Below, piece by piece: positions 18,339-27,245 of a stretch of 64,000 nt of DNA. The notes below the pieces were generated by a model, which saw only the letters and a program-made list of their open reading frames with translations, did no database searches and was not told the DNA's origin. Within the stretch, counting starts at the first letter, position 1. Each line of letters begins with the position of its first letter. This DNA comes from Deltaproteobacteria bacterium (lineage in GTDB: Bacteria > Myxococcota_A > Polyangia > Fen-1088), in the NCBI GenBank assembly GCA_033763315.1, contig JANRKS010000006.1, positions 160,001 to 224,000 on the forward strand, read 5' to 3'. The position numbers and the translations under genes are program-made.

Positions 18339-19070
18339 ATGTTCGCGTTTGTGGTCTCTGTCGCCTTTTGGCTGTTCGTTGTCGCAACGTCGCTGCTGCT
18401 GTTTCCAGTGGTCCTGTTGCTGTGGAGCCTCACCGCCTGGTGGGATCGCCGCCGCGTGGCGGTTCACCAGTTCACATGCTTTTGGGCTTCGCTTTACACC
18501 TGGTGCAACCCGTTGTGGCGGGTGCAAGTGCAAGGGCGTGAGCATATGGCGGCCGGCAAGGCATACATCATGATCGCCAACCACAGTTCCTCGGCCGACA
18601 TCTTCGTGCTTCATCGCCTGTTTCGTCACTTCAAGTGGGTGTCGAAGGCCGAGAACTTTCGTGTTCCGTGCATCGGCTGGAACATGCGGCTTAACCGCTA
18701 TATCGCTTTACGCCGCGGAGACAAGGAAAGCGTCATGGCGATGCTGCAAGCGTGCCGCGACAACCTAGCGGCGGGCAGCTCGGTGATGATGTTCCCGGAA
18801 GGCACGCGCTCGAAGACGGATGAGTTGCGGCCATTCAAAGCCGGCGCCTTCGAGCTGGCGAAGGAGCTGAAGGTCCCGCTCTTGCCCATTGTGTTGATTG
18901 GCACCCGCAGGGCTTTGCCCAAACACGGCCTGTTGTGTGGCCGTGCTCGCATGCTCGTGCGCATTTTGCCGCCGGTGCATCCTGCGGCGCTTGCTGAGCT
19001 GTCACCGCTTGCGGCCGCCGATCAGGTTCGAGCTTTGTTTGTAGAGCAGCTTTCGCAGCCCGCGCAATAA
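18339..19070 (+). CDS. Lysophospholipid acyltransferase (PlsC family)
   Basis: NHSSSAD (HxxxxD), FPEGTRS, FKAGAF; N-terminal TM segment. Confidence 0.9.
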   Translation: MFAFVVSVAFWLFVVATSLLLFPVVLLLWSLTAWWDRRRVAVHQFTCFWASLYTWCNPLWRVQVQGREHMAAGKAYIMIANHSSSADIFVLHRLFRHFKWVSKAENFRVPCIGWNMRLNRYIALRRGDKESVMAMLQACRDNLAAGSSVMMFPEGTRSKTDELRPFKAGAFELAKELKVPLLPIVLIGTRRALPKHGLLCGRARMLVRILPPVHPAALAELSPLAAADQVRALFVEQLSQPAQ

Positions 19071-19097
19071 AAAGCCCCGCAGCCTTGATGCGGGGCT
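19066..19097 (-). terminator. Terminator hairpin between convergent genes
   Basis: AGCCCCGCA-N7-TGCGGGGCT with an A-tract on the left, which is a U-tract on the minus strand. Confidence 0.75.
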
Positions 19098-19112
19098 CAA
19101 CGACCTAAAACG

Positions 19113-19310
19113 TCATCGTTCCTGTAAGCCAAGCTTCATTCGCCAGCGCTGCAACTCCGGTATTACCGCTGCGTGTTCAACCGGATCCCGCGCCGCCAAT
19201 TGTCCCAACTTCGATATCAAGGCGCTTGCTTCGTCTAAGTCTCCGCCAAAGGCATAACGCCGTAACTCGTGCCTTATGCGGACCAGCTCACGAACCTCTC
19301 GATAGTCCAT
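19113..19310 (-). CDS. Small hypothetical protein, 65 aa
   Basis: Strong SD AGGAGGAGG 4 nt before ATG 19310; helical sequence MDYREVRELVRIRHELRRY...; followed by a terminator. Confidence 0.7.
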   Translation of the reverse strand: MDYREVRELVRIRHELRRYAFGGDLDEASALISKLGQLAARDPVEHAAVIPELQRWRMKLGLQER

Positions 19311-19446
19311 GCAACCTCCTCCTGAGCGAATCGACAAGAATAAGGATGCCAGTTCATTGTTTCCGACGCATTTCGCGATGGAAAATTCTTGCGTCGATCG
19401 CTGTGGACTGATGTGACGAACGTCTCGTCGCCGCTGGCCGGGAAAC

Positions 19447-20802
19447 TTACGGAACGATCTTCCGAGCTTCCATGTAGAAGCGTTTCTCTTCCGCGTCGCC
19501 CATGCTGAACGCTTTGCGCGGCAGCACGCCATCAATCACAACTGTTTTGAACAGGTCGTGTTTCGGAATCGGCGGCAAGAAGAAGCCAATGTGTCCTGGC
19601 TTGCGCCCCAGATCTTCCACAACGGCTTCTCCGTGCACGTAATCGATCGACGCCTGCTTATGCGCGGCCAGGTAGCCATCAAGGAACGGCTGCAGCGTGC
19701 CCACGGCCAAGGTGTGCGGGGGCTTCTTGAACTCCAGCAGCGAAAACCCATTTGCGTCCGCGTAGGCGATCAACGTTTCGCCGCGCGCTGGCTTTAGACA
19801 CCTTTGGATCACTTCAGGGCCACCCGCCGTGCGGCGGTAGCCAGGATCCAGCCCCAGAAAGTGCGTGTCCATCATCGTGAGAAATGCCGTGGGGTCGACG
19901 CCAAACAACACGCGATGAATGGGCTCAAACTCGAGCCCGGCGTCGTGCACATTCACAAGTTCAACCAGCGCGTAGCGCGCGGGGTGATCGCCTAAAGCGT
20001 CCGCTGGCCGCCCGGCCTTGGTTTCTTCCCAAATGCCCTTCGCGGTCGCCAAGGAATGGTTGCCATCGCCCATCGCATACAAGAACACGCCGCGCTCACG
20101 CGTGCCGTATTTGTCTTCCATCTGGTCCAAGGTTCCCAGTTTGGCCAATCGCTCGGCAATCCCCTCGATCGCGTTCACGTCGTGAATCGAAAAGCCACGC
20201 AGATGGCCGCCGCCCTCCATCAACTCGAAATCATAACGAGGCGGCCCGACCGTTTTGAACAAAGGTTCGATCACGGTTTTGTGAGGGTCATCAATCAACA
20301 CCATGATGTGCGGCAATTCGATCGCCGCGTGGCGACGGATCTCCATGCGCGGCGGCAACCGCTCAACGATCGTGCCTTCGGTGGCGCGAATCAATGACGT
20401 GGCGCCGGGGCGGAAGTCGTAGCGCTCGAGATCCAACGCCACCACGAGTCCCCGACGGATGCGGTCCGGGCGCGTACGACGCTCCACCAGCATGAAGCCC
20501 GGTGCTTCTTCCGCCAAAACGCCGTCTTTCAGGTAAGCGGCCATGGTGGCGTTGATCTCGGCGATGCGGGCGCCCGTGTCGGGCTTGTCGAGGTAAACCT
20601 CGGGCAGCGTTACCTTGAGGGTCGACGGTTTATCCGCCACCCGCGCTTCCACGCGTTGCCAGTACTCAGGTTGCGACGTGTATTGATCGCATGCCACCAC
20701 GGCCCACGTCTGCAAGGAGACGTCGGAACGAGGCAAGAGCAGAGAGGGCAGGCCGAGGCCCACGTGAGCGAGGGCAGAGGAGGGGGCGTTTTTCGAGGGC
20801 AT
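19447..20802 (-). CDS. DUF1015 family protein
   Basis: WAVVACDQYTS, IRATEGT..ERLPPR, ELPHIMVLIDD, AMGDGNHSLATAK, FEPIHR, LPRKAFSMG....KRFYME. Confidence 0.88.
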   Translation of the reverse strand: MPSKNAPSSALAHVGLGLPSLLLPRSDVSLQTWAVVACDQYTSQPEYWQRVEARVADKPSTLKVTLPEVYLDKPDTGARIAEINATMAAYLKDGVLAEEAPGFMLVERRTRPDRIRRGLVVALDLERYDFRPGATSLIRATEGTIVERLPPRMEIRRHAAIELPHIMVLIDDPHKTVIEPLFKTVGPPRYDFELMEGGGHLRGFSIHDVNAIEGIAERLAKLGTLDQMEDKYGTRERGVFLYAMGDGNHSLATAKGIWEETKAGRPADALGDHPARYALVELVNVHDAGLEFEPIHRVLFGVDPTAFLTMMDTHFLGLDPGYRRTAGGPEVIQRCLKPARGETLIAYADANGFSLLEFKKPPHTLAVGTLQPFLDGYLAAHKQASIDYVHGEAVVEDLGRKPGHIGFFLPPIPKHDLFKTVVIDGVLPRKAFSMGDAEEKRFYMEARKIVP

Positions 20803-20861
20803 GAGGTCCTTTTGCTATCACAAAACCCGGCGGGCCCCATAGCGGCTGAAAGCAGCTTGTG

Positions 20862-20943
20862 TGCGAGGAGAGGGACTCGAACCCTCACGTCTTTCAACAC
20901 TGGAACCTAAATCCAGCGCGTATACCAATTTCGCCATCCTCGC
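20862..20943 (-). tRNA. tRNA-Leu (anticodon TAG), CCA not encoded
   Basis: GCGAGGATGGCGAAATTGGTATACGCGCTGGATTTAGGTTCCAGTGTTGAAAGACGTGAGGGTTCGAGTCCCTCTCCTCGCA: 7-bp acceptor stem, CTGGA/TCCAG anticodon stem, long variable arm, GTTCGA T-loop. Confidence 0.96.
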
Positions 20944-21011
20944 GGCGTGAGATTTCAATGGGTTACGATACCACGCGCGATTTGTCGAGAGGATGGCCGC
21001 CGATCGGTTGT

Positions 21012-21239
21012 TCAGCGTCCTGGATCCGGCCCGCCGAGGCCTTCTTCAGGGAAAGCGTCTGTGTACGCTTCTGCCTTGCCAAGCGACCCTTTGCCAAGGC
21101 GGTTCGGCACATCTGCGCGGCCTTGTCGGCGCCGATGTGTTCGCCCCCGCGAATCTGTTCCGCCCATCGTCTCCTTCGCCGCGAAATACCCGAGGACCCC
21201 GAAAAGCCCCCACACAACCACATTCTTTACCTTCACCAT
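21012..21239 (-). CDS. Small single-TM hypothetical protein, 75 aa
   Basis: MVKVKNVVVWGLFGVLGYFAAKE...: purine-rich SD-like tract and a near-consensus sigma54 box upstream. Confidence 0.55.
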   Translation of the reverse strand: MVKVKNVVVWGLFGVLGYFAAKETMGGTDSRGRTHRRRQGRADVPNRLGKGSLGKAEAYTDAFPEEGLGGPDPGR

Positions 21240-21272
21240 TGCGCCCGCCCTTTCTGTACGCGTCGCAAGCAT

Positions 21273-21289
21273 TGCGATCCGCGTGCCAG
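21273..21289 (-). promoter_or_regulatory. Sigma54 -24/-12 promoter
   Basis: Minus strand CTGGCACGCGGATCGCA, one mismatch to YTGGCACG-N4-TTGCW. Confidence 0.7.
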
Positions 21290-21400
21290 CGCCTCCGTTT
21301 TGGCCGGGTTAACGATAACCGTGCTGTGGCGTAACTTCTTGCGGTCAAAAGGCGTGCCTTCGGGTAGATTCTGGGTAATTCGACTCACCTTGGGTTACGG

Positions 21401-22207
21401 GTGTCACCGAAACGGCTAACGCAGGGAACGCGCTTCCCACTTTTCGTTCGTACGGGGTTCTTCTTAAGGGGAGCCTTTACCGTGCAGATGGCGTGCGCAA
21501 TTCTTTCGACAGCCTCAAGCCTGGCCGGATGCGGCGACGGACTTTTCGAGCCCGCGGCCGCCAGCCGTCCCGACAGCGCGGCCCCCGCTGACGGGGATCA
21601 ATTCGTTATGACGGGCGGCAGGGACGGCCGGGACGCTGCCGCAGACGCACAACCTTCAACGGTGACCGCTGAGATTGGGTTCAAGGCCACGTCAGTGGCT
21701 CTTGGCCCCGCGGCCGTAAACTTTGTGGACGGGACGTACAAGGACAAGACGAACGTCACACTCGAGTGGCTCGAAGTGGCGGATGTGAAGGTAAGAGGCC
21801 CTTACGGCCGCATCCTTCGCGTCACTTTCGACGCCGTTCCACAGCCCAAACCTTCGGTCAGCATCGACGTAGGCGCGCTCGTACAGACCTCCGGGTCGGA
21901 GCCAAACCTTCGTGCGATCGCGAACGCCTTGGTCATCGCGAGGCTGCAGGACCAAGATCCAAAGCAATGGATTAAGTTGTCCAAGCAACTGCCCGCGGAA
22001 GACGATGGCCTCAGCGTGAGAATCGTCGCTCTGGATTATCCGCTCGCAACGACGTCGACCGGCAAATGGACCGTATCATTTGCGATCCTATTGAACTGCG
22101 ATGCACCGGATGCGGCTTGCTCGCAGTCTGACCTGATGTCGTGCGAGAAGCGGTGTTCCGCCGAACGGCCTGGGTACAACTGCTCGATGAGTAGGCTTTG
22201 CCAATGA
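21401..22207 (+). CDS. Putative lipoprotein with Cys-rich C-terminus
   Basis: Lipobox LAG|C; beta-rich middle; 7 Cys in the last ~36 aa; stop overlaps the next ATG. Start uncertain (21401, 21482 or 21488). Confidence 0.7.
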   Translation: MSPKRLTQGTRFPLFVRTGFFLRGAFTVQMACAILSTASSLAGCGDGLFEPAAASRPDSAAPADGDQFVMTGGRDGRDAAADAQPSTVTAEIGFKATSVALGPAAVNFVDGTYKDKTNVTLEWLEVADVKVRGPYGRILRVTFDAVPQPKPSVSIDVGALVQTSGSEPNLRAIANALVIARLQDQDPKQWIKLSKQLPAEDDGLSVRIVALDYPLATTSTGKWTVSFAILLNCDAPDAACSQSDLMSCEKRCSAERPGYNCSMSRLCQ

Positions 22208-23793
22208 AGTGCCGCGCGCTCGTCATTGCCGCCTCTCTCTCGCTGACCTTCCTCCTGCCGCTAGGTGCCCACGCCCAATCCTCAGAGGAAGTCCGCTTCG
22301 CGTTGGTGGTGGGCAACAACAAGGGTGATGCGCCCGAGCGGTCGCTGCAATACGCAGAAGAAGAGGTGAGCCGCCTCGCCTCTGTGCTGCAAGCCCAAGG
22401 TGGCTTCGCGCACGTGCAGCTGGTGCAAGGCCACGATCGGGCCACATTGGAAGGCGAACTTCGCAACATGCGCACGCGCATAGAGGCCGCACGCGCCGCC
22501 GGGCAACGGACGCTGTTCATGTTCTACTACTCAGGCCACGGCACCAAGGATGGCCTTGAGCTTGGCGACACGATGTTGCCGATGCGCGATCTGCGGCAAT
22601 ATCTGGAATCGCTGCAGGCTGACGTTCGCTTGGCCTTCGTTGATGCCTGTCAATCAGGCGCGCTCACCGGCGTCAAAGGTGGCCGCCGCGCGCCGGCTTA
22701 TGAGATTCGCTTGGCCGACGCCGGTGCTGTCAGCGGTTTGGCCATTGTGACTTCGTCCACCGCGAATGAGCTTTCTCAAGAATCCGATGAGCTCCGTGGT
22801 TCGTTCTTCAGCCACAACATCATGGCCGGCCTCCGCGGTCTGGCCGACTCATCAGGCGACGGCCAGATCAGCCTCAGCGAGCTTTACGATTACACCTTCA
22901 AGCGCACCCTTGCGTTTACCGCCGCCAGCTTGGTGGGCAGCCAACATCCCACGCGCGATCTGCGTTTGTCGGGTGCCGGCGACGTGATCTTGGCGCGCAT
23001 CCGCCCCGGTGACGCGCGGCTCATCTTCCCCAAAGAGCGCTCAGCCACCTACGCCGTGATCAACAACGGGCAGGTTATGGCGGAGATCAACACCAGCCCA
23101 CGCGATTCGTATTACCTTGGTGTGCCCGCGGGCCAATACCGCGTCGTGCGCCGTACGCTTGATGGTGTCAGCGAACGAACGTATGCGTTGGCGGCGGGCA
23201 GCCATTCCGCCATCGAGCCCGAAGGCATGAACCCCGTGCTGGCGCAGGCGTTTCAGCGCAAGAAGGGTGGCGACTTGGATGTGATCGCGGGCGCGTGGCT
23301 GCGCAACGAAGTGAGCGCGTACGTGTCTGGTTACTCGCCTCACGTGGATGGCACAAGCTCCGTTATTCCCTCCGTGGGTGTGGGCTATGCCTTTGACCTG
23401 GGGCGCCTCGCGCTTGAAGCCCGCGTCGACCTGTCGTCATTCACAAATACCTCAATCAACACCCCTGCGGCCGAATCGGAGCATTTGCGTGCGGTGCCCA
23501 TGATGAACGCGCTGTGGAATCTGTGGCGCGCCCGGCACGTGGCTTTGCGTGTGGGCCCAAGCGTTGGCATGTCCGTTGAACGGCAGACCCAAGACACGCG
23601 CGCCAGCCAATCATTTGGCTTCATCTACGGAGGCCTAATAGACGCGGCAATTCCGTTGGCCCCGCGGTTTGCAATTGCGGTCACGGGGTTCGGCGGCGGG
23701 GAAACTTATAAATACCAGAACGACACGGGTGACGCCGATTTGAAGACCGTGCTCCGCGTTGGGGTCTCTTTAGGCGGACGACTAGCCTTTTAG
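22204..23793 (+). CDS. Exported caspase-like (peptidase C14) protease with C-terminal beta-barrel
   Basis: Signal peptide ...AHA; RFALVVGNN, LQYAE, FYYSGHG (His), FVDACQSG (Cys), SQESDEL.GSFFSH...GLRG.AD, QHP; amphipathic C-terminal strands ending GRLAF. Confidence 0.88.
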   Translation: MKCRALVIAASLSLTFLLPLGAHAQSSEEVRFALVVGNNKGDAPERSLQYAEEEVSRLASVLQAQGGFAHVQLVQGHDRATLEGELRNMRTRIEAARAAGQRTLFMFYYSGHGTKDGLELGDTMLPMRDLRQYLESLQADVRLAFVDACQSGALTGVKGGRRAPAYEIRLADAGAVSGLAIVTSSTANELSQESDELRGSFFSHNIMAGLRGLADSSGDGQISLSELYDYTFKRTLAFTAASLVGSQHPTRDLRLSGAGDVILARIRPGDARLIFPKERSATYAVINNGQVMAEINTSPRDSYYLGVPAGQYRVVRRTLDGVSERTYALAAGSHSAIEPEGMNPVLAQAFQRKKGGDLDVIAGAWLRNEVSAYVSGYSPHVDGTSSVIPSVGVGYAFDLGRLALEARVDLSSFTNTSINTPAAESEHLRAVPMMNALWNLWRARHVALRVGPSVGMSVERQTQDTRASQSFGFIYGGLIDAAIPLAPRFAIAVTGFGGGETYKYQNDTGDADLKTVLRVGVSLGGRLAF

Positions 23794-23810
23794 TCCTAGT
23801 TGTATCTTCC

Positions 23811-23823
23811 TAAGTCATTGAAA
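23811..23823. promoter_or_regulatory. IHF-like site in an AT-rich intergenic region
   Basis: Reverse complement TTTCAATGACTTA versus WATCAA-N4-TTR (one mismatch). Confidence 0.35.
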
Positions 23824-23940
23824 ATATTGTAAAATGCGTGGATTGTCCGCGCTCGGGCCGCGGTTTTGGTTATAACAAACGAGCCTTTGCCTCTTTCACA
23901 GGGGCGCTCGTCTCTCCAGTTTGTTCAGGGAGTAGTAACC

Positions 23941-25500
23941 ATGAAGACCTTTTCCGTTTCGCGTCGACAGGTGTTGCGAGGAGCCGGCGGCGTAAGCATC
24001 GGGTTGCCGCTTTTGCCATCGTTGTTCCCGCGGCGTGCAGATGGCGCCGAGCCAAGTCTGAACGGCGATAAGTTCTTCGTCGCGGCCGCCACCCAACACG
24101 GGGCCATTGGCGAAGGCAGCATGTATCCGGCGGCCAATACGCTCACGCAGTCGCGGGAGATCAACCCGGGACACATTGCGAAGTTTGGTGCGTTGTCATC
24201 GCAGATCTCCGGCAACGATCGCGTGGTGTCAGGGGTGTTGCGAGCGCCGTCTGCAAAGTTCACCGAGCGCCTCGTCAGCCAGATGAACGTCATGCGTGGC
24301 TTTGAGATCCCGTACTACATAGGCCACCACACCGGCGGCCACCTGGGTCACTTCGGCCGCAGCGATCAGGGGCCGAAGAATCTGGCTCCGTTCGCCACCA
24401 TCGATCAGGTGATGGCGTGGTCGTCCAAGTTCTACAAGACCACCAATGGCATCAAGCAGCGCGCCATCGTGACCGGCCAGGACTTCCACGGCATGTCGTG
24501 GAGCTGGTCCAATCCCGCCGCTCAAAGCGGCTCCATCCAAAAAGTGCAGGTCGAGAACAACTCACTCGCGCTGTTCGACAAATTGGTTGCCGGAGGCATG
24601 ACAAAGCCCACCACACCGTCGGCTCCGCCGCGCAAGCCGATCGTCGATCGGGTGATCGAAAATTACCGCAGCCTCAAGAACAGCAACCGCCGTCTTTCCA
24701 AGGACGACAAAACACGCTTGGATGATCATTTGGGCCGCCTGGATGAGCTGCAACGTCGCGTGAATACCACCGACGTTGTCGCCATGAGCGCCTCGTGCGG
24801 TGAATTTAAAAAGCCCGGCGAAGGCTCAAGCACGAATGGATCGTTGGACGGGCCCACAGCCGCCACAAAGTTCTTCACGCTCCTGAACGAGATCGTGGCC
24901 ATGTCGTTTGCCTGCGGCACCTCCCGCGTCGCCACCATCTGGATCCACAGCCCGTTTGCTGATTACTCGGGCAGCTGGCACCAAGACACGGCTCACCAAT
25001 GGCAAAACGCCGATGCGCAAGCGCGCCTCGTGGGCGGCCTCCGCACCACGTTCTCAAATGCCATCCTGGATCTGGCCGCGCGGCTTGATTCCATCGAAAT
25101 CGCGCCGGGCCTCACAATTCTGGATCAGGGCCTGTTCCAGTGGACGCAAGAGTCGGGCTGGGCCACCCACGACGCGCAGGACATGCCAATCGTCACGTTT
25201 GGCAAAGCCGGCGGATACCTGAAAACAGGCCAATTTGTGGACTTCCGGAACCTCGCGTCCGCGAAGGCCCACCTGGATATCTTCGGCCTGCAAAAGCAAT
25301 ACACGGGGCTTTGGATTCGGCAGTGGCTGGCCACCGCGTTGCAAGCGATGGGCATTCCGCCGGCGGACTTTGAGAAGAATGGCAAGACCGGCTACGGCGA
25401 TGCTTTCTGGTCTTCGGGCTACGACAAGGCCGTTCACAGCAACGTGATCAACCGCGCCAGCGATCCCGTTCCCCTTGTGACCAACGCCGCGTCTGTTTAA
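23941..25500 (+). CDS. DUF1552 family protein
   Basis: SRRQVLRGAGGVSIGLPLL leader, TIDQV, RLSKDDKTRLDDHL..L.ELQRR, FACGTSRV, WHQ..AH, GKAGGYLKTG; GGAG SD. Confidence 0.85.
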   Translation: MKTFSVSRRQVLRGAGGVSIGLPLLPSLFPRRADGAEPSLNGDKFFVAAATQHGAIGEGSMYPAANTLTQSREINPGHIAKFGALSSQISGNDRVVSGVLRAPSAKFTERLVSQMNVMRGFEIPYYIGHHTGGHLGHFGRSDQGPKNLAPFATIDQVMAWSSKFYKTTNGIKQRAIVTGQDFHGMSWSWSNPAAQSGSIQKVQVENNSLALFDKLVAGGMTKPTTPSAPPRKPIVDRVIENYRSLKNSNRRLSKDDKTRLDDHLGRLDELQRRVNTTDVVAMSASCGEFKKPGEGSSTNGSLDGPTAATKFFTLLNEIVAMSFACGTSRVATIWIHSPFADYSGSWHQDTAHQWQNADAQARLVGGLRTTFSNAILDLAARLDSIEIAPGLTILDQGLFQWTQESGWATHDAQDMPIVTFGKAGGYLKTGQFVDFRNLASAKAHLDIFGLQKQYTGLWIRQWLATALQAMGIPPADFEKNGKTGYGDAFWSSGYDKAVHSNVINRASDPVPLVTNAASV

Positions 25501-26117
25501 AGGCCAAGCGCCAAAGGATCCTCGCCAGGCCGTGTGTAGCCGCGCAAGCGCGCCTTTGTGGCGTGCAGGCCGCCCATATCCATGGCGGAGAACTCAATGA
25601 CGACGGGGCCCACGCCAGGCGCATAGCTGGTGCGGGTCCGTCGGTCGGGGTTGTCGCGCACCTCTTGCACAGTCACGCAGCCTTCGAACTTGCCCGCGGG
25701 CGTATCGATCGTTTCATTCCAACCGACGACGGTGGCTTGCCCACCTTTGACGGGCCAGGCTGCCTTGGCCGACAACGGCGCTTTGAGCACATAGTCGGCG
25801 GCGCCACGCGGATCTGGACGAAGGATGCCGTCGGGCTTCACCTCATATTCAAGCAGCTGATCGCCGCCCGCCACGAGCGCCCGCGCGCCTTCCCGCAAGG
25901 TCACCGCGAAGGTGGCCAAGATCGCCTCACCGTCTTGGTCAACGTCGTAGGCCCACTTCCACCCGGGCTCCAGGGGATAGTAGGCGGACGGGGCCGTTGG
26001 GGCCGCCGCCTTGGTTGAAGCAACAGGCTGAGGACCAGCGGCGCAGGCCGAAAGAGCGCACACCGCCAGTGCCAGCGCCAGGCGCGTGTTCTTTGTGTTG
26101 TGAAATTGCACCGTCAT
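25497..26117 (-). CDS. Putative lipoprotein
   Basis: LALALAVCALSA|C lipobox; YYPLEPGWKWAY, ETIDTPAGKFEGC, YAPGVGPV. Confidence 0.75.
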   Translation of the reverse strand: MTVQFHNTKNTRLALALAVCALSACAAGPQPVASTKAAAPTAPSAYYPLEPGWKWAYDVDQDGEAILATFAVTLREGARALVAGGDQLLEYEVKPDGILRPDPRGAADYVLKAPLSAKAAWPVKGGQATVVGWNETIDTPAGKFEGCVTVQEVRDNPDRRTRTSYAPGVGPVVIEFSAMDMGGLHATKARLRGYTRPGEDPLALGL

Positions 26118-26311
26118 GAGCAAGCTCCGATGAAAGGAGTCTACACCGCGGTGCATGGCGAATCCTGGCCGCCTGCCAACGGCGACAAAAAACTCTGGCA
26201 AACCGTCAATTCCCTCGAATTTCTGAGCCTGCATCTGCGCGGAGTGCCCAGAAACCAATGACTTGGAGCTGGTCTGCAACTTGCTAGAGTTAGCGAATTG
26301 AGCCCCTGCTG

Positions 26312-27214
26312 ATGATCTCCGCCCGCCGTTTCGCCCAAAGCATCGCCATCAAGTTGCCCCTGCAACTGGCGTTGGGGCTGCTATTGACGGCCACGGTCTG
26401 GGCAGCGCCGGCCGCAGATTCCGTGACCACGCGGCAGGAAGTGCAGGCGTTGCAGGCGCAACTCGCTCGCGTCAACGCTGAGATCAAGGCCTTGAAGGCG
26501 GCGCCCCGCTCCTTATCGGTGGATTATCGCTTGCGCCAGGATCTCGCCGATGCCGAGGCCCTGGCCCGAAAGCTCACCGAAGCCGAGGCCAAAGTGCGTT
26601 CCGCCCGAAGCCAACCGGAGGCTGCACCCAAGATGGCTCCCGAGCCCACAGCGCAGGCAACGGATGGTCCGGCAGAGCTGGCCGCCAAGGCCGATATCTT
26701 GCTGGATCAAGCGCAAAAGCTAACCATGCAAGCCGACCGCATTGAGGCGCGCGCCGAGCGCGAGCGGGTCAGAGGCACCTTGCGCGCGCGCACCCGCCAT
26801 TTGGAACAAGACCCCTTCGTGACTTTGGAAGGTGCCAAGCGTTCCGTGGTGTTGTCACGCACGGAAACGAAAACCACCACGCTCACGGGCAATGACACAT
26901 CAACGAAGACGCCCGAAAGCGCTCCGGCCGGCGATTTCGCGGCGCCCCCGGCCAGCCCCGGTGTTGCGGGCTCCGCCAATGCTCCGCCGCGAACCAATCT
27001 CCCGCCCCCCGAACCCACCACGGTGACCACAACGTCCGTGTCCTTGTCTTTTCGTGCGTTGCTGGACGCCCGCGCGCTGGCTGAAGTGGAACGCATCGAG
27101 CGTTCAGGCGATCCCCAAGCGCAGGCCAAAGCTTTGGCCGCCGCCGTGGCTTCGCTGCGAAAACAAGCGCGTGAGTTGCAGGGCAAAGCGGCTGCGTTAC
27201 GCAACACGAAGTAG
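26312..27214 (+). CDS. Exported coiled-coil hypothetical protein
   Basis: Signal peptide (TVWA); Ala/Leu/Gln/Glu heptad helices around a Pro/Thr linker. Confidence 0.7.
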   Translation: MISARRFAQSIAIKLPLQLALGLLLTATVWAAPAADSVTTRQEVQALQAQLARVNAEIKALKAAPRSLSVDYRLRQDLADAEALARKLTEAEAKVRSARSQPEAAPKMAPEPTAQATDGPAELAAKADILLDQAQKLTMQADRIEARAERERVRGTLRARTRHLEQDPFVTLEGAKRSVVLSRTETKTTTLTGNDTSTKTPESAPAGDFAAPPASPGVAGSANAPPRTNLPPPEPTTVTTTSVSLSFRALLDARALAEVERIERSGDPQAQAKALAAAVASLRKQARELQGKAAALRNTK

Positions 27215-27245
27215 CGGCGCCGGAAGCTGCTAATATCCGCGTCGC

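Noticed and set aside
20862-25500. tRNA-Leu-anchored genomic island carrying the caspase locus
   Set aside because: The locus lies on the 5' side of the tRNA; no integrase and no duplicated tRNA 3' end (att) were seen.
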